The notes under the pieces are model-generated. The model was not told the DNA's origin. It was given only the letters and a program-made list of their open reading frames with translations, and made no database searches. DNA of 63,100 nucleotides, counting the filler, from Phoronis australis (lineage: Eukaryota > Animalia > Phoronida): the NCBI GenBank assembly GCA_002633005.1. It is 6 parts of 6 records of this genome, joined end to end, with 100 filler letters (N's around TTAATTAATTAA, not from the genome) between each part and the next. Parts side by side here need not be neighbours in the genome. Positions count along the whole stretch, not along the records: positions 12,074 to 32,429 come from NMRA01000276.1; positions 32,530 to 58,431 come from NMRA01000505.1; 4 more parts are not named here. One strand, 5' to 3'. A program made the position numbers and the translations under genes. Shown one piece after another: positions 25,223-35,914 of this stretch. Each line of letters opens with the position of its first letter. Position 1 is the stretch's first letter.

Positions 25223-25856
25223 GTAATACCTGTAATACCTGTCACGGACAGGATCATTGGGGATATGCTGGTGCATTAATCCCCTCCCCAGACCATCCCC
25301 GTGACAGCAGAAGGCGCAGAACTCCAGGGCTGACGTTGCCTGTAAGCATTTGATTAGACAGCACTCGGGCACGGCCCTTCTTGTGACTCTTCGTAGCATG
25401 GCCATAAATAATACAGGCTTCGAGCAGGCGGCTGCCATCATTGAACTCAGCCAGCTGGGATGCAGTCTGCTCGAGGTTGTGTTTGCGGGCCAGCAGCTTA
25501 ACGTCAGCCGAATATAAGCAGAGGGGTTGGTTGGTGGTGCATGAGCCAGCGAGGTAATCTGCACGCTCATTAATCAAGACACCGGCGTGGCCAGGTACGA
25601 AAGACCAGATCACCACATGATGAGGGTGGCGTGATCGGAAGACACCCCAGTTGGCTGGGAGGTTTCCAGATTGAACTTTCATCAACACTGCCATGGAATC
25701 GGTGGCAAAGATAATGGTGTGATTCTCCAGGTCTAGGAGTGACAGCTTGGTTAGGGCTCGTTGTATAGCCTCAAACTCCATCCGCGTACTGCTTGTGGAT
25801 ATATGGTGGCAGCCACTACCTTCCGCAATGATGAATGTCGTGATGTTCTTTGGCAA
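25223..25856 (-). mobile_element. 5'-truncated non-LTR retrotransposon 3' end with RNase H domain
   Basis: SSTRMEFEAI, IFATDS, WSFVPGHAG..INERAD.LA are RNase HI motifs; stop at 25254 followed by a small hairpin and a (CAGGTATTA)n tail. Confidence 0.85.
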
Positions 25857-26081
25857 AATGATTATCAGTGGCGTGATTATACAAGGTCATGTGGTTTTTG
25901 TAAGTGAATTGTTACAATTTGGGATGAAATTTAAGAAATTGTGAGATGAGATTAGAATGAAGCTATCAGGAGTGGGACCAGCAAAGAGTATGGTTTGTAG
26001 TGAGTACTCCTTAGTAACATGCAAGTAGTGGCACCACTACATGTTATTCTTGGACTCAACATGTCATCTGTCTTTGTTAAG

Positions 26082-26198
26082 GTCATCACAATTCTGGGTG
26101 AAACTTTGGAACCTTTTGATGAAGACGGCATCATTCCTGCCTTTGGATTTGGTGATTTCTCTACAAAAGATCGCAGTATCTTTCCACTGCGTCAAGAA
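26082..26198 (+). CDS. Copine/RGLG-type vWA protein, coding exon 4
   Basis: VITILGETLEPFDEDGIIPAFGFGDFSTKDRSIFPLRQE (FDxDxxIPxFGFGD motif); AAG acceptor, donor GAA|GTAAGT; 117 nt, phase 0-0. Confidence 0.92.
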
Positions 26199-26483
26199 GT
26201 AAGTATATATTACCATCTGCACAGCAATAGTCGGATATAACTTGCCCACATTTTGAGAATCAGTTTGATGCCCATTAATTCGTGGAGTAAACTGGTTCTC
26301 AAAATGCGAACATGTTATATCCAACTTTTATCTTCTGCACAATCACCTGTAGCCTGACTCAGCCAGCTATTTCCTTCCAATACAAAGGAATAATGTCCAA
26401 TACCTTTTCAATACAATTCTTTAAATCATGTTTTCAGTGTTACACTTTTAAGTACTACTTGTTTTGTTAATTCGAGGTCTACA

Positions 26484-26637
26484 TTTCATTACCCTGTTAC
26501 TAACCTTTCATTACCCTGTTACTAACATTTCATTACCCTGTTGCTAACCTTCCATTACCCTGTTGCTAACCTTCCATTACCCTGTTGCTAACCTTCCATT
26601 ACCCTGTTGCTAACCTTTCATTACCATGTTACTAACT
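26484..26637. repeat. 22-bp minisatellite x7
   Basis: tttcattaccctgttactaacc repeats. Confidence 0.9.
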
Positions 26638-27926
26638 TTGGCTGGGTTAACTTATGAGTAGTGGAAACCAGCTGATCCTCAAAAAAAAACTTGATTAAGC
26701 TTGTTGGTTCAATCATCTTTACATTGTAAGCTTGGAATATCTTACCTCTTGGTAATCATTGCTGTTCCATTTTCAAAAAGATTACTGGTTAATAACTGAG
26801 AAAAATGATGGGAAGATTTCAATGAAACGTGACAAACAGGTATGTGAAATCATGGCGCTGGAAGATTCAACCACTGTAGCACCATCTAGTGGCTATTTTG
26901 GTCTTGACAATGACCTTTTTGTCCCTACATTTGTAGGCAAGAGCATTAATTCTGGATGATATCTAGCAAACTAATTGAAAGATTTCAATGACAATTTACA
27001 CAGAGGTATGTGACGGCATTGCGCAATTTTGATTTGATACACTGCGTAGTGACCATTTTCTCTGGTTGTCTTGCAGTTCTATTGTGTATTTTATACCTCA
27101 TAAATTTCTTGCCATACTTTAATGAAATTTGACACAAGCATGAAGTCCATCACTAGGACACTAAATGTCTTTTTTCAATCTCTCCGCCCTACAGAACCAG
27201 AGGGATGGACCTTTTCAGTGTTTTTATGTGCCCATGTATACAAGGCATTTTGTTGGTGCATATTTCTGTCATCTGTGTCTGGCACATGGAGTCCATGCTG
27301 ACTTATTCTGCTCTACTTTGTGACCACTTTTTTAATGTTATCAAGTTTGTTTGTTACATCCACCTCTATGCCAAACCACATGAAGGATGATTATGAAAAT
27401 TGGCAGATGTATTCCTGATGAGAAAACCATGGCAGATTTTGAATTTTCAGTTTGATTACTCTTGCTCACCAAAGTGGCAATTTTGATTTTTTTTTTTCGT
27501 CTGCGGCTTAACACTCTGTAGGATCTTTGTTGTTTGTGAAAAGAAGTAGACTAGACTGGAGTGGTGTGTGCCTTTGTGACATGTTTTATATTTTTTGTTG
27601 CAAATGTTAAAAACTGTTGATTTTTTATTCTTTATAATTTGATGTTAGTTTTAAAAGGTGAAGTATGGCCTTTTTTCTCAATTTTGGCTACTGCAGCTAC
27701 CCCTTGTGGTCAAATTTTTTATTACATGAAACTAATAAGCACCCCTAGAAACATACCGCTTGCGGTCCACTGTAGGTACATATCAGTACTTTTTGTTGCT
27801 CTTATTTTCTGTTCAAGCTGACTGTAGTTTGATCTCTAGTCCTAAGAATGGTCCCTATTCAAATTTAAAGTACAATGCCATTTAAGCCACTCAGTTTTTT
27901 CCATGTGTGTTTACTCTATGCTGCAG

Positions 27927-28058
27927 GGTTACTGCCGTGGATTTAACGACGTGTTGAATGCCTACACACTCATCACTCCCAACATCCGTCTTAGTGGGCC
28001 CACCAACTTTGCTCCATTGATCCATCAAGCAGTTGACATAGTACGCCAAACTAAAGCT
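27927..28058 (+). CDS. Copine/RGLG-type vWA protein, coding exon 5 (downstream exons not found in window)
   Basis: ctgcag acceptor; GYCRGFNDVLNAYTLITPNIRLSGPTNFAPLIHQAVDIVRQTKA (CxG, LxGPTxFAPxI motifs); donor GCT|GTAAGT; 132 nt. Confidence 0.92.
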
Positions 28059-28275
28059 GTAAGTTGAAATCATTGAAAACTAACTGTAGCCACAGCAGGC
28101 TTTGTGGCCGTGGCAGGAGTTTCTGCAGATTTTAAGCGCACAGAGCTCTTCTACTGAAGGGGTAGGTAGGGACCAGTAATGAAGTGAAATATGTAATATG
28201 ACTGTGGAATACACTTGTGTAATACAATAGTGTATAATGCAATCTGATTATGTAATATTGTACCTGAGAGAACGC

Positions 28276-30420
28276 ATGGGCCCACATATTTATATGGCTG
28301 TCATCTCTGTTTGGGCGTCCGCAGCTGTATCTCCTTAAAAACCTTGCAGGATCTTACTGAAATTTGGCAGGTATGTTCCTATGGGGTTGACAACAGAGGG
28401 CGACGAGTTTCGGACTGACCCGAATACCGCTGTGCCCCCTAGTCATGGCAATTTTAGTTTTTTACGTTTACCTCTGTATCAGAGGTCCTCAACCGATTTT
28501 CATGAAATTTGGCATGTAGACATCTATTAATGAGGTGATGCTATCCTCTCATTTTGGGATGAATTTGAAGCATTTTGAGCCATCTCGTGGACATTTTTAC
28601 TATTTTCGAGTCCGTTTTTTGGCATCCGCCCCTCTATCAACTAAACCACTCTAAGGATGATTATGAAAATTGGCATGTATGTTCTTATTATGAAGTGGAC
28701 GGTTGACGATGATTTTTCGACGATTTTGACTACTGTAGCACCTCCTAGTGGCAATTTTGTTTGTTTTTGCACCTATGACTGTATCTCCTAAATGGTCTAC
28801 AGGATCTTTATTAAATGTAGCAAATGTATTTAAAGGAAACTGACAATGGATGATGACGACTTTCGGACACATCGGACTACTGGTGTACCCCCTTGTGGCA
28901 ATTTTATTTTTTTTTTTACGTTTACCTCTGTATCTTCAAAGGTCCTCAACGGATTTCCATAAAATTTGGCTCGTAGGCATCTATTAACAAGGTGACGCTA
29001 TCCTCCCATTTTCGGATGGATTCAAATTATGTTGCGCCACCTAGTGGCCATTTTCATTGTTTCCAAGCCTGTTTTTTGGCGTTTGTCCCTTTGACAACCA
29101 AACCACTCTAAGGATGATTGTGAAAATTGTCATGTATGTTCTTACTGAAAAGAGGACGATTGGCAGTGATTTTCTGATGACTTCCACTACTGCAGCGCCT
29201 CCTAGTGGCAGTTTTGTTTTTTTGCGCCCATACTTGTATCTCCTATTAAAGCCCTCTTCAGGATTTTTGTTAAATATAGCAAGTGTATCTATATGAAGTG
29301 AACAACGGAAGACGACGACTTTCAGACGGATCCAACGAACACTGTGCCCCCTAGTGGCAGTTTCCTTTTTTCTGTTTTCCTGTTTCTCAGAAGCTCCTCG
29401 ACAAATTTTCATGAAATTTGGTAAATAATTTTCTTTTAAAGAAACAGTGATATTTTCCAGTTTTCAAATGGATTCAGCATATTTTGTGCCATCTAGTTTT
29501 ACTGTTTTTTGTCTGTTTTTGTCGTCTGTCATCTGTCAACCAAACCACTCTTAGATTGATTGTGAAAATTGGCTTATATGTGAAGAGGACAGTTGACGAT
29601 GATTTTCCGACTTTAATTATTGTGGCGCCTCCTAGTGGCAGTTTTGTTTTTTGCACCTTTAGCTGTGTCTTCTAAGCCCTCTGCAGGATCTTAATTAAAT
29701 TTAGCAAGTGTATTCATATGAAGTTGGCAACGGAAGACTGCAACTTTCAAACGAATCTGACGAACGCTTTGCTCACTAGTGGCAATTTCATTTTTACTTG
29801 GTGAAATAAATTTCGCCAAGTATGTTNTGGCAGTTTTGTTTTTTAGCGCCCATACTTGTATTTCCTATTAAAGCCCTCTTCAGGATTTTTGTTAAATATA
29901 GCAAGTGTATCTATATGAAGTGAACAACGGAAGACAACGACTTTCAGACGGATCCAACGAACACTGTGCCCCCTAGTGGCAGTTTCCTTTTTTCTGTTTT
30001 CCTGTTTCTCAGAAGTTCCTCGACAAATTTTCATGAAATTTGGTAAATAATTTTCTTTTAAAGAAACAGTGATATTTTCCAGTTTTCAAATGGATTCAGC
30101 ATATTTTGTGCCATCTAGTTTTACTGTTTTTTGTCTGTTTTTGTCGTCTGTCATCTGTCAACCAAACCACTCTTAGATTGATTGTGAAAATTGGCTTATA
30201 TGTGAAGAGGACAGTTGACGATGCTTTTCCGACTTTAATTATTGTGGCGCCTCCTAGTGGCAGTTTTGTTTTTTGCACCTTTAGCTGTGTCTTCTAAGCC
30301 CTCTGCAGGATCTTAATTAAATTTAGCAAGTGTATTCATATGAAGTTGGCAACGGAAGACTGCAACTTTCAAACGAATCTGACGAACGCTTTGCTCACTA
30401 GTGGCAATTTCATTTTTACT
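28276..30420 (+). mobile_element. Helentron-associated (HINE/DINE-1-like) element with ~150-bp internal subunits (621 bp of it duplicated at the N at 29827)
   Basis: Head atgggcccacatatttatatg is nearly identical to 61402; same subunits as 59040-59730 and 61480-62570. Confidence 0.75.
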
Positions 30421-30429
30421 TGGTGAAAT

Positions 30430-32060
30430 AAATTTCGCCAAGTATGTTGCTCTGTCACTAAGTTTTTACTTCGCGGAATTCTTCCGCCAAGTATGTTGGT
30501 CTGACAGCAAGTTTTGTTTTGTTTGTTCGCACTCTACAGGTCGCAATTTTTGTCCGATTTTCACGAAATTTGCACACGACGTGTAGATCGGAAAGTCCTG
30601 GAAGCCTATTTTTTTTGGTCGTGATCAGATACAAAATGGCGGACGTGGTGGCCATTTTGTATCCGATTTCACAGTCAAATGCTCGTAGAGGCCGCATTTT
30701 TCGACTGAAAATCAGTACGATTATACTAGAACGCAAGTGCTACAAGTGTGACTTCCGGTCAAAGATGGCGGAAATATTGGAAGTGGCGCATGCGCACTCC
30801 GAAATATGGCCAAAAAATGTTTTCTCCTGTAGAGGGCGCATTTGCGAACCAATCGCTTTCAAACTGGTCACGTGTTTGTTGAGTTTAATAAGCTTTTATA
30901 AAAGTTTATTGAACCGTAAGTCACTTTCAAGATGGCGGCTTTGGCGCATGTTCACACGGTTTCAATCGTTCTGCTGTCACGTTTTAACGGGAAGAGCACA
31001 TGACGTGAATTTTTGCATGTGGGTTCCTTTAAGTATGGCCTTTCAAAAAGTCTGCGAGAGCATATTTCTCAGACTTACCGTTTTCAAGTTATTTAACTTT
31101 GAATTTCAAAAAAAAAACGGCAAATTTTCAATTTTTTCGAAATTTTTTTTGATTTTTGCCAAACTATCACTTTAGATAGAGTTTTGAACGGGCTTCCAGA
31201 AAATATTTTGCGCTACAACGTCTACTTTTTGAATTATTCAAGATTTTCGAATACCGTTGGTCACCTATGCAAGCACGCAGCTGGCTGGCTTTCAGTTCAC
31301 TTTGTTTTGGTTATGCCTAGTTGACCCAGACTGACCCAGCCAGCACTGTCCTAGACTGTAGAATTCCAGGCCAAATACTTATTGTAAACATAACTTTGCT
31401 CTGGAATGTGGGAACAAAGCAAGGCTCGTCCGTCATGTTGCGCCATCTGTTGTTCTTTATTGTAGTTGATTGTATGCTCTCTATTTGATTTCTTCGCTAG
31501 TCACATGAATGTTATCGTGTTATTCATAATTGACGCCTTGATCGTCATGATTGTCGTCGTCCTCCCCATCGTCGTCTTTTCGATTAATTCCGCCAAGTGT
31601 CGCTCCTCCGAGCGCTCTCGATTTTTTTTGTTTGTTCGCACGATACAGGTCGCAATTTTCGTGCGATCATCACGAAATTTACACATAACATGTAGTTTCA
31701 TATGTCCTGGAAGCCTATTGTTTTTCGTCACAATGGGATCCAAGATGGCGGATATGGTGGCCATTTTGTTTCCATTTTAAGATTCAAATGCTCCTGGAAG
31801 CTATAATTTTGTACGTACAGGGCTGAGAATCGGCACAATTACTGAAGAGGGCGCGTGCTACATCTGAACCGGAAATTGTTAACTTCCGGTTAAAGGTGGT
31901 GGAAATATCGGCAATCGCACATGCGCACCTCGATTTTGGGAAAAAAACGTTTTCTCCTGTGGAGGGCGCATTATTCACCTCTTTCACGAACGCGGGGCGC
32001 TGCTGTCGTGTTGATCGAAAACGAGGCGCCTTGACAAACATGGCATCGTCCTGCAAGGTG
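30430..32060 (+). mobile_element. Second Helitron/Helentron-like repeat family, two diverged copies (~30517-30860 and ~31626-31975)
   Basis: Shared tttgtttgttcgcac..tacaggtcgcaatttt..cacgaaattt and aagatggcgg blocks; the first copy ends with CTAG-TT near 31320. Confidence 0.5.
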
Positions 32061-32529
32061 TTGTGGTCAAAAGACTTATCAACGTTACCAAAAATCAAGT
32101 TGTCTGATGTTGACTTGATCTCCAAAAAACATACCAATACTTACGGCAACTAGACTTTTACCCTCCTCAGCCATTCCTTAGTAGTTTTCCCTCTTTTGAA
32201 AAAGTGTGGAAGTCAGGGATATACCCAGGCTTTTAGTATTGAAAAACCCTGCTCGCCAGCTGGGCGAGTGCCGGAGCCAGAAAATCTACTCGCCAAGCCC
32301 GAAGTTCGGTCACCCGGCCGTTGGCGCCAGTCACCACAAACTTGCTGCTAATTTAAATAAAAATCATCGTTTCGTGCACTGATGTCACCATCTATTAGGG
32401 CTACCGTATTCGCTCTAATAAGCGCCCAGNNNNNNNNNNNNNNNNNNNNNNNNNNNNNNNNNNNNNNNNNNNNTTAATTAATTAANNNNNNNNNNNNNNN
32501 NNNNNNNNNNNNNNNNNNNNNNNNNNNNN

Positions 32530-32842
32530 ATAGGCATGTTAGGGAATCTCCACTTTATAGGCGTGTTGCTAGGGAATATTTGCCTTACAGGCGTGTTGTT
32601 AGGGAATCTCCACCTTATGAGCGTGTTGCTAGGGAATATTTGCCTTATAGGAGCGTGGCTATTGAATCTCCACCTTATAGTCGCGTTGCTAGGTAATCTC
32701 CACCTGATGGGCGTGTTGGTTTGGAATCTCCACGGGTGGGGATTAATCTCCACCTTATAGGCGTGTTGGTGGGAATCTCCACCCTATAGGCGTGATGCTG
32801 GGCAATCACCACCTTACAGGCCTGCTGCACGGGAATCTCCAC
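32530..32842. repeat. 30-bp minisatellite with alternating variants
   Basis: ataggcgtgttgctagggaatctccacctt alternates with the ...aatatttgcctt variant at the start of the array. Confidence 0.85.
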
Positions 32843-34321
32843 CGAATACCAGACCAGGATGGGTTTACATTTAACCATAAATATAAAGATGACGATTTTC
32901 GGAATATTGATAAAAAAGACAACACAGTCTTGAAATGGGTATTGCTGCAGTGTAAAAATTATTTACAGTTGTAGAATGAGAAAGTGTTCTATAAATATTG
33001 TCAGAATAAATATTGATTAAGTAATTAGCAAGATAATTCCGTTTAAGTTGCACAAAATGTGTGCATATGTATTTTTAAACCATGGGGTCAAACTTGTTTA
33101 CATGTATTTTTGACGTCAAGATCTATTTTTAGATGATGTTGACTCCTTTGGTTCTGGGGTCAAAGCACTCTAAAGATTCTAAACATTTTTAAGAGCAAAT
33201 CGTAATTATAGCCAATAATATTACTAGGTCAGATCATGTGTTTTTTGTTAGCCAATCGTTAAGTAAATGCATTATTATAATTTGGGCAGAAGTCTTGAAA
33301 ATACTCAGATGGGATTTGATCATTCTCTCTCCTTCCATGCACATCCTCAAAGCAAAGCTACCTTTTAAACAAACCCTCAGTCAATTTCTGACAAACATAA
33401 CACTTTTTGCAATCGTATAGAACACGAATTGAATATTCAGATATACGTTCTAAAAAACAGTAAGTTTGTGGGATACACCGAACAATGGGAACCCTGGGTG
33501 GTCAATTTTGGTTAATGGGGTGATACAGTTATTGATAAATGTATTGAAAAGGCTCTCATATACACGCATTTGTGTGCCTCTGTGTGTATGTGATTGTGCG
33601 TCCTCGTCTTGTTAATTGTACGTATGCAACTATACAAAAAGCAAATAAATAGTAAAAGAAAATCTCAGCAACCGTTGGGCCTTTTAAAATTCCCACGACC
33701 AACAAAGAGATGCACATGTTTACTTGATGATGCGTAATGTGGAGCAATAGATAGGGTGAAATTACGACTTTTAGTTCAGATACAACAAATATTGTTGTGG
33801 CAAAAAGGTTTATGTACACGCAAAACAAATGTTTCTAAACAGAGCCGGTATTAACTCATTGCAGCAAATGGGCACGTGCACCTGTACGCGAAATAATGCG
33901 TTTTGTCAAAAGATTTTCCACTCAGATGTCTCGCATATATGCGCATACGTTTAGACTTAGCAATTAAACCAGTGCAGGTTCCCTTGTACTGTCACCGGGT
34001 TCAATGCTGTGTATGCACATTCAATCCTGTTTGAGGAATTTTTTTGGTGGGTGGGGACACACTCTTAATACGGGCTGCACCCATAGTACACAACTCAAAA
34101 CATTTTTTACACGGAAACAAAACCCCAACCTCAGACAAGGACCCTTACCACGGAAAATTTCCAATGCAAGTGACCGAAAGGCAGGATCGAGTTTCTACAG
34201 GGTTACGTCTTCTAACGAGCAGTTAACAGTGCTTTATAATCGTCCGTGATAAGAGTGTCGGTATGTCTGTGGTTAAAGTTCTGGTTTTCAGGTAAGAGGT
34301 TTCGTGTGGTAAGAGTTTTTG

Positions 34322-34645
34322 GCTCGTGTGGTATGGATGTGTTCTCATGTGATATGGATGTGTGCTCGTTTGGTATGGATGTGTGCCCGTGTGGTGAAGA
34401 CGTGTGGTCGTGTGGTATGGATGTGTGCCCGTGTTGTATGGATGTGTGCTCGTGTTGTATGGATGTGTGCTCGTGTTGTATGGATGTGTGCTCGTGTTGT
34501 ATGGATGTGTGCTCGTGTGGTATGGATGTGTGCTCGTGTTGTATGGATGTGTGCCCGTGTTGTATGGATGTGTGCCCGTGTTGTATGGATGTGTGCCCGT
34601 GTTGTATGGATGTGTGCCCGTGTTGTATGGATGTGTGCTCGTGGT
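34322..34645. repeat. 21-bp minisatellite (~15 units)
   Basis: gtgtgc(t/c)cgtgttgtatggat; it is stop-free, which explains the overlapping repetitive ORFs on both strands. Confidence 0.92.
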
Positions 34646-34747
34646 AAAAATGTGTTTCCATCAATGAGTTGTCTTGCACTGCTATGTACTGCCGTTAACA
34701 ACCTGGTTTTTTAAGTATAATCTTGACTTATTTTAGCACTCGAAACA

Positions 34748-35914
34748 CAGGGCCGTAGTAAGCAGGGGGCCGGGAGGGCCCGGCCTCCCAAAAATTTTGA
34801 GGCGTCAGGGTTAAATCGTGGCAACCGACATAGGCGTGGGGCCGGGGACAATTGAGAAAAGAAAGATGCGAAAAACGGATAAGAGAAAATTCTAAGAGAA
34901 CATTTAACAACAGTGTATGGTTTACCGTTTGAGGACCTGGTCAGGACATTCGGTTTTGCAGCACAGGTCCTCTAAACGCATTTGAAAATGTGCGCGTAAT
35001 AATTCATAATCGTACATACATTTCGAAAAATCGAGAAAAATTGGAAAGCGAAGCTTTTGCGGAGCGTACTAATTTATTGAATTTTTAAATTCAATAAGTC
35101 AGTTTTTGGGAATGCAAAACCATATTTTTTCCAGAGGCCCCTCTCTGGCAACGGATAACGTAGACAACATTCGCTTTAATTTTTGTCGAAACTTAATATC
35201 ACTTGAGAAAAATTGATAACCTGACCGATAACTTCAATTGCTGCCCATTTCCTGATTTTCGAAAAAAATATTGATATTTTCATATTTAGGGGCCCCGCCC
35301 TTGAAGGAAGGCATTGATGATATTCAAGTGGCCACCCTTTTGTGATTTTATTGACATATTCTGAAGAGGCCGCACACGGAGAGAGGGCCTAATGCTGGAA
35401 ACGATTACCTCCATTTTGCTGCTTTTTGTGAAATTGTGCAACTGGCTTTCATGTTAAGGGTCACTTCCTGCATCGTTTTGTGAATACTCGACGGTGGAAT
35501 GAATTGTCACCCTTTTCCAAGCTTAATGATGTTTAGCCTTTCATCTTAAGGTGTCCCATTTCAGACAGGCCCCTCTCTCGGTGAAGCAATTCGGGGGAAA
35601 TGTCCCTTTGTCCCTCTATAAATGTAAATCTGACACTACCAAGTATTCACGAGGAAATTTGAGAAACCAAATTCATAAAGAAATACAAAATATTCGTCCC
35701 CAGCACAGCGGTATCAAAACATTCGACCCAAACAACCAAAAAGTGTGAACAAAATACAATAGGATTGACCGCCATGGAAAGGCAGGGATTTTGAAGAACG
35801 TGGATACCACTATTTGTGAATTACACAAAAGGACTATTTCCGATGGTTAGCTATAAAATAATGTTACTGTTTCTCATAGTATCACAAGACTAGTATCTCG
35901 TTTGAAGATGGTTA
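34748..35914 (+). mobile_element. About 1.2-kb non-autonomous DNA transposon fragment (hAT-like), copy 2
   Basis: Begins with a hAT-like CAGGGCCG terminus and GC-rich subterminal palindromes; matches 1663-2822 in reverse orientation. Confidence 0.75.

Noticed and set aside
30519-31175. 218-aa ORF, and similar ORFs at 29041-30297 and 48333-48827
   Set aside because: They lie in non-coding repeat elements, have no domain motifs, and mostly lack ATG starts.
34212-34714. His-rich (HGHTSIQ)n, Cys-rich (CCMDVCP)n and other overlapping ORFs resembling metal-binding proteins
   Set aside because: All arise from one stop-free 21-bp minisatellite open in several frames on both strands; there is no signal peptide, splice context or codon-position pattern favouring one frame.
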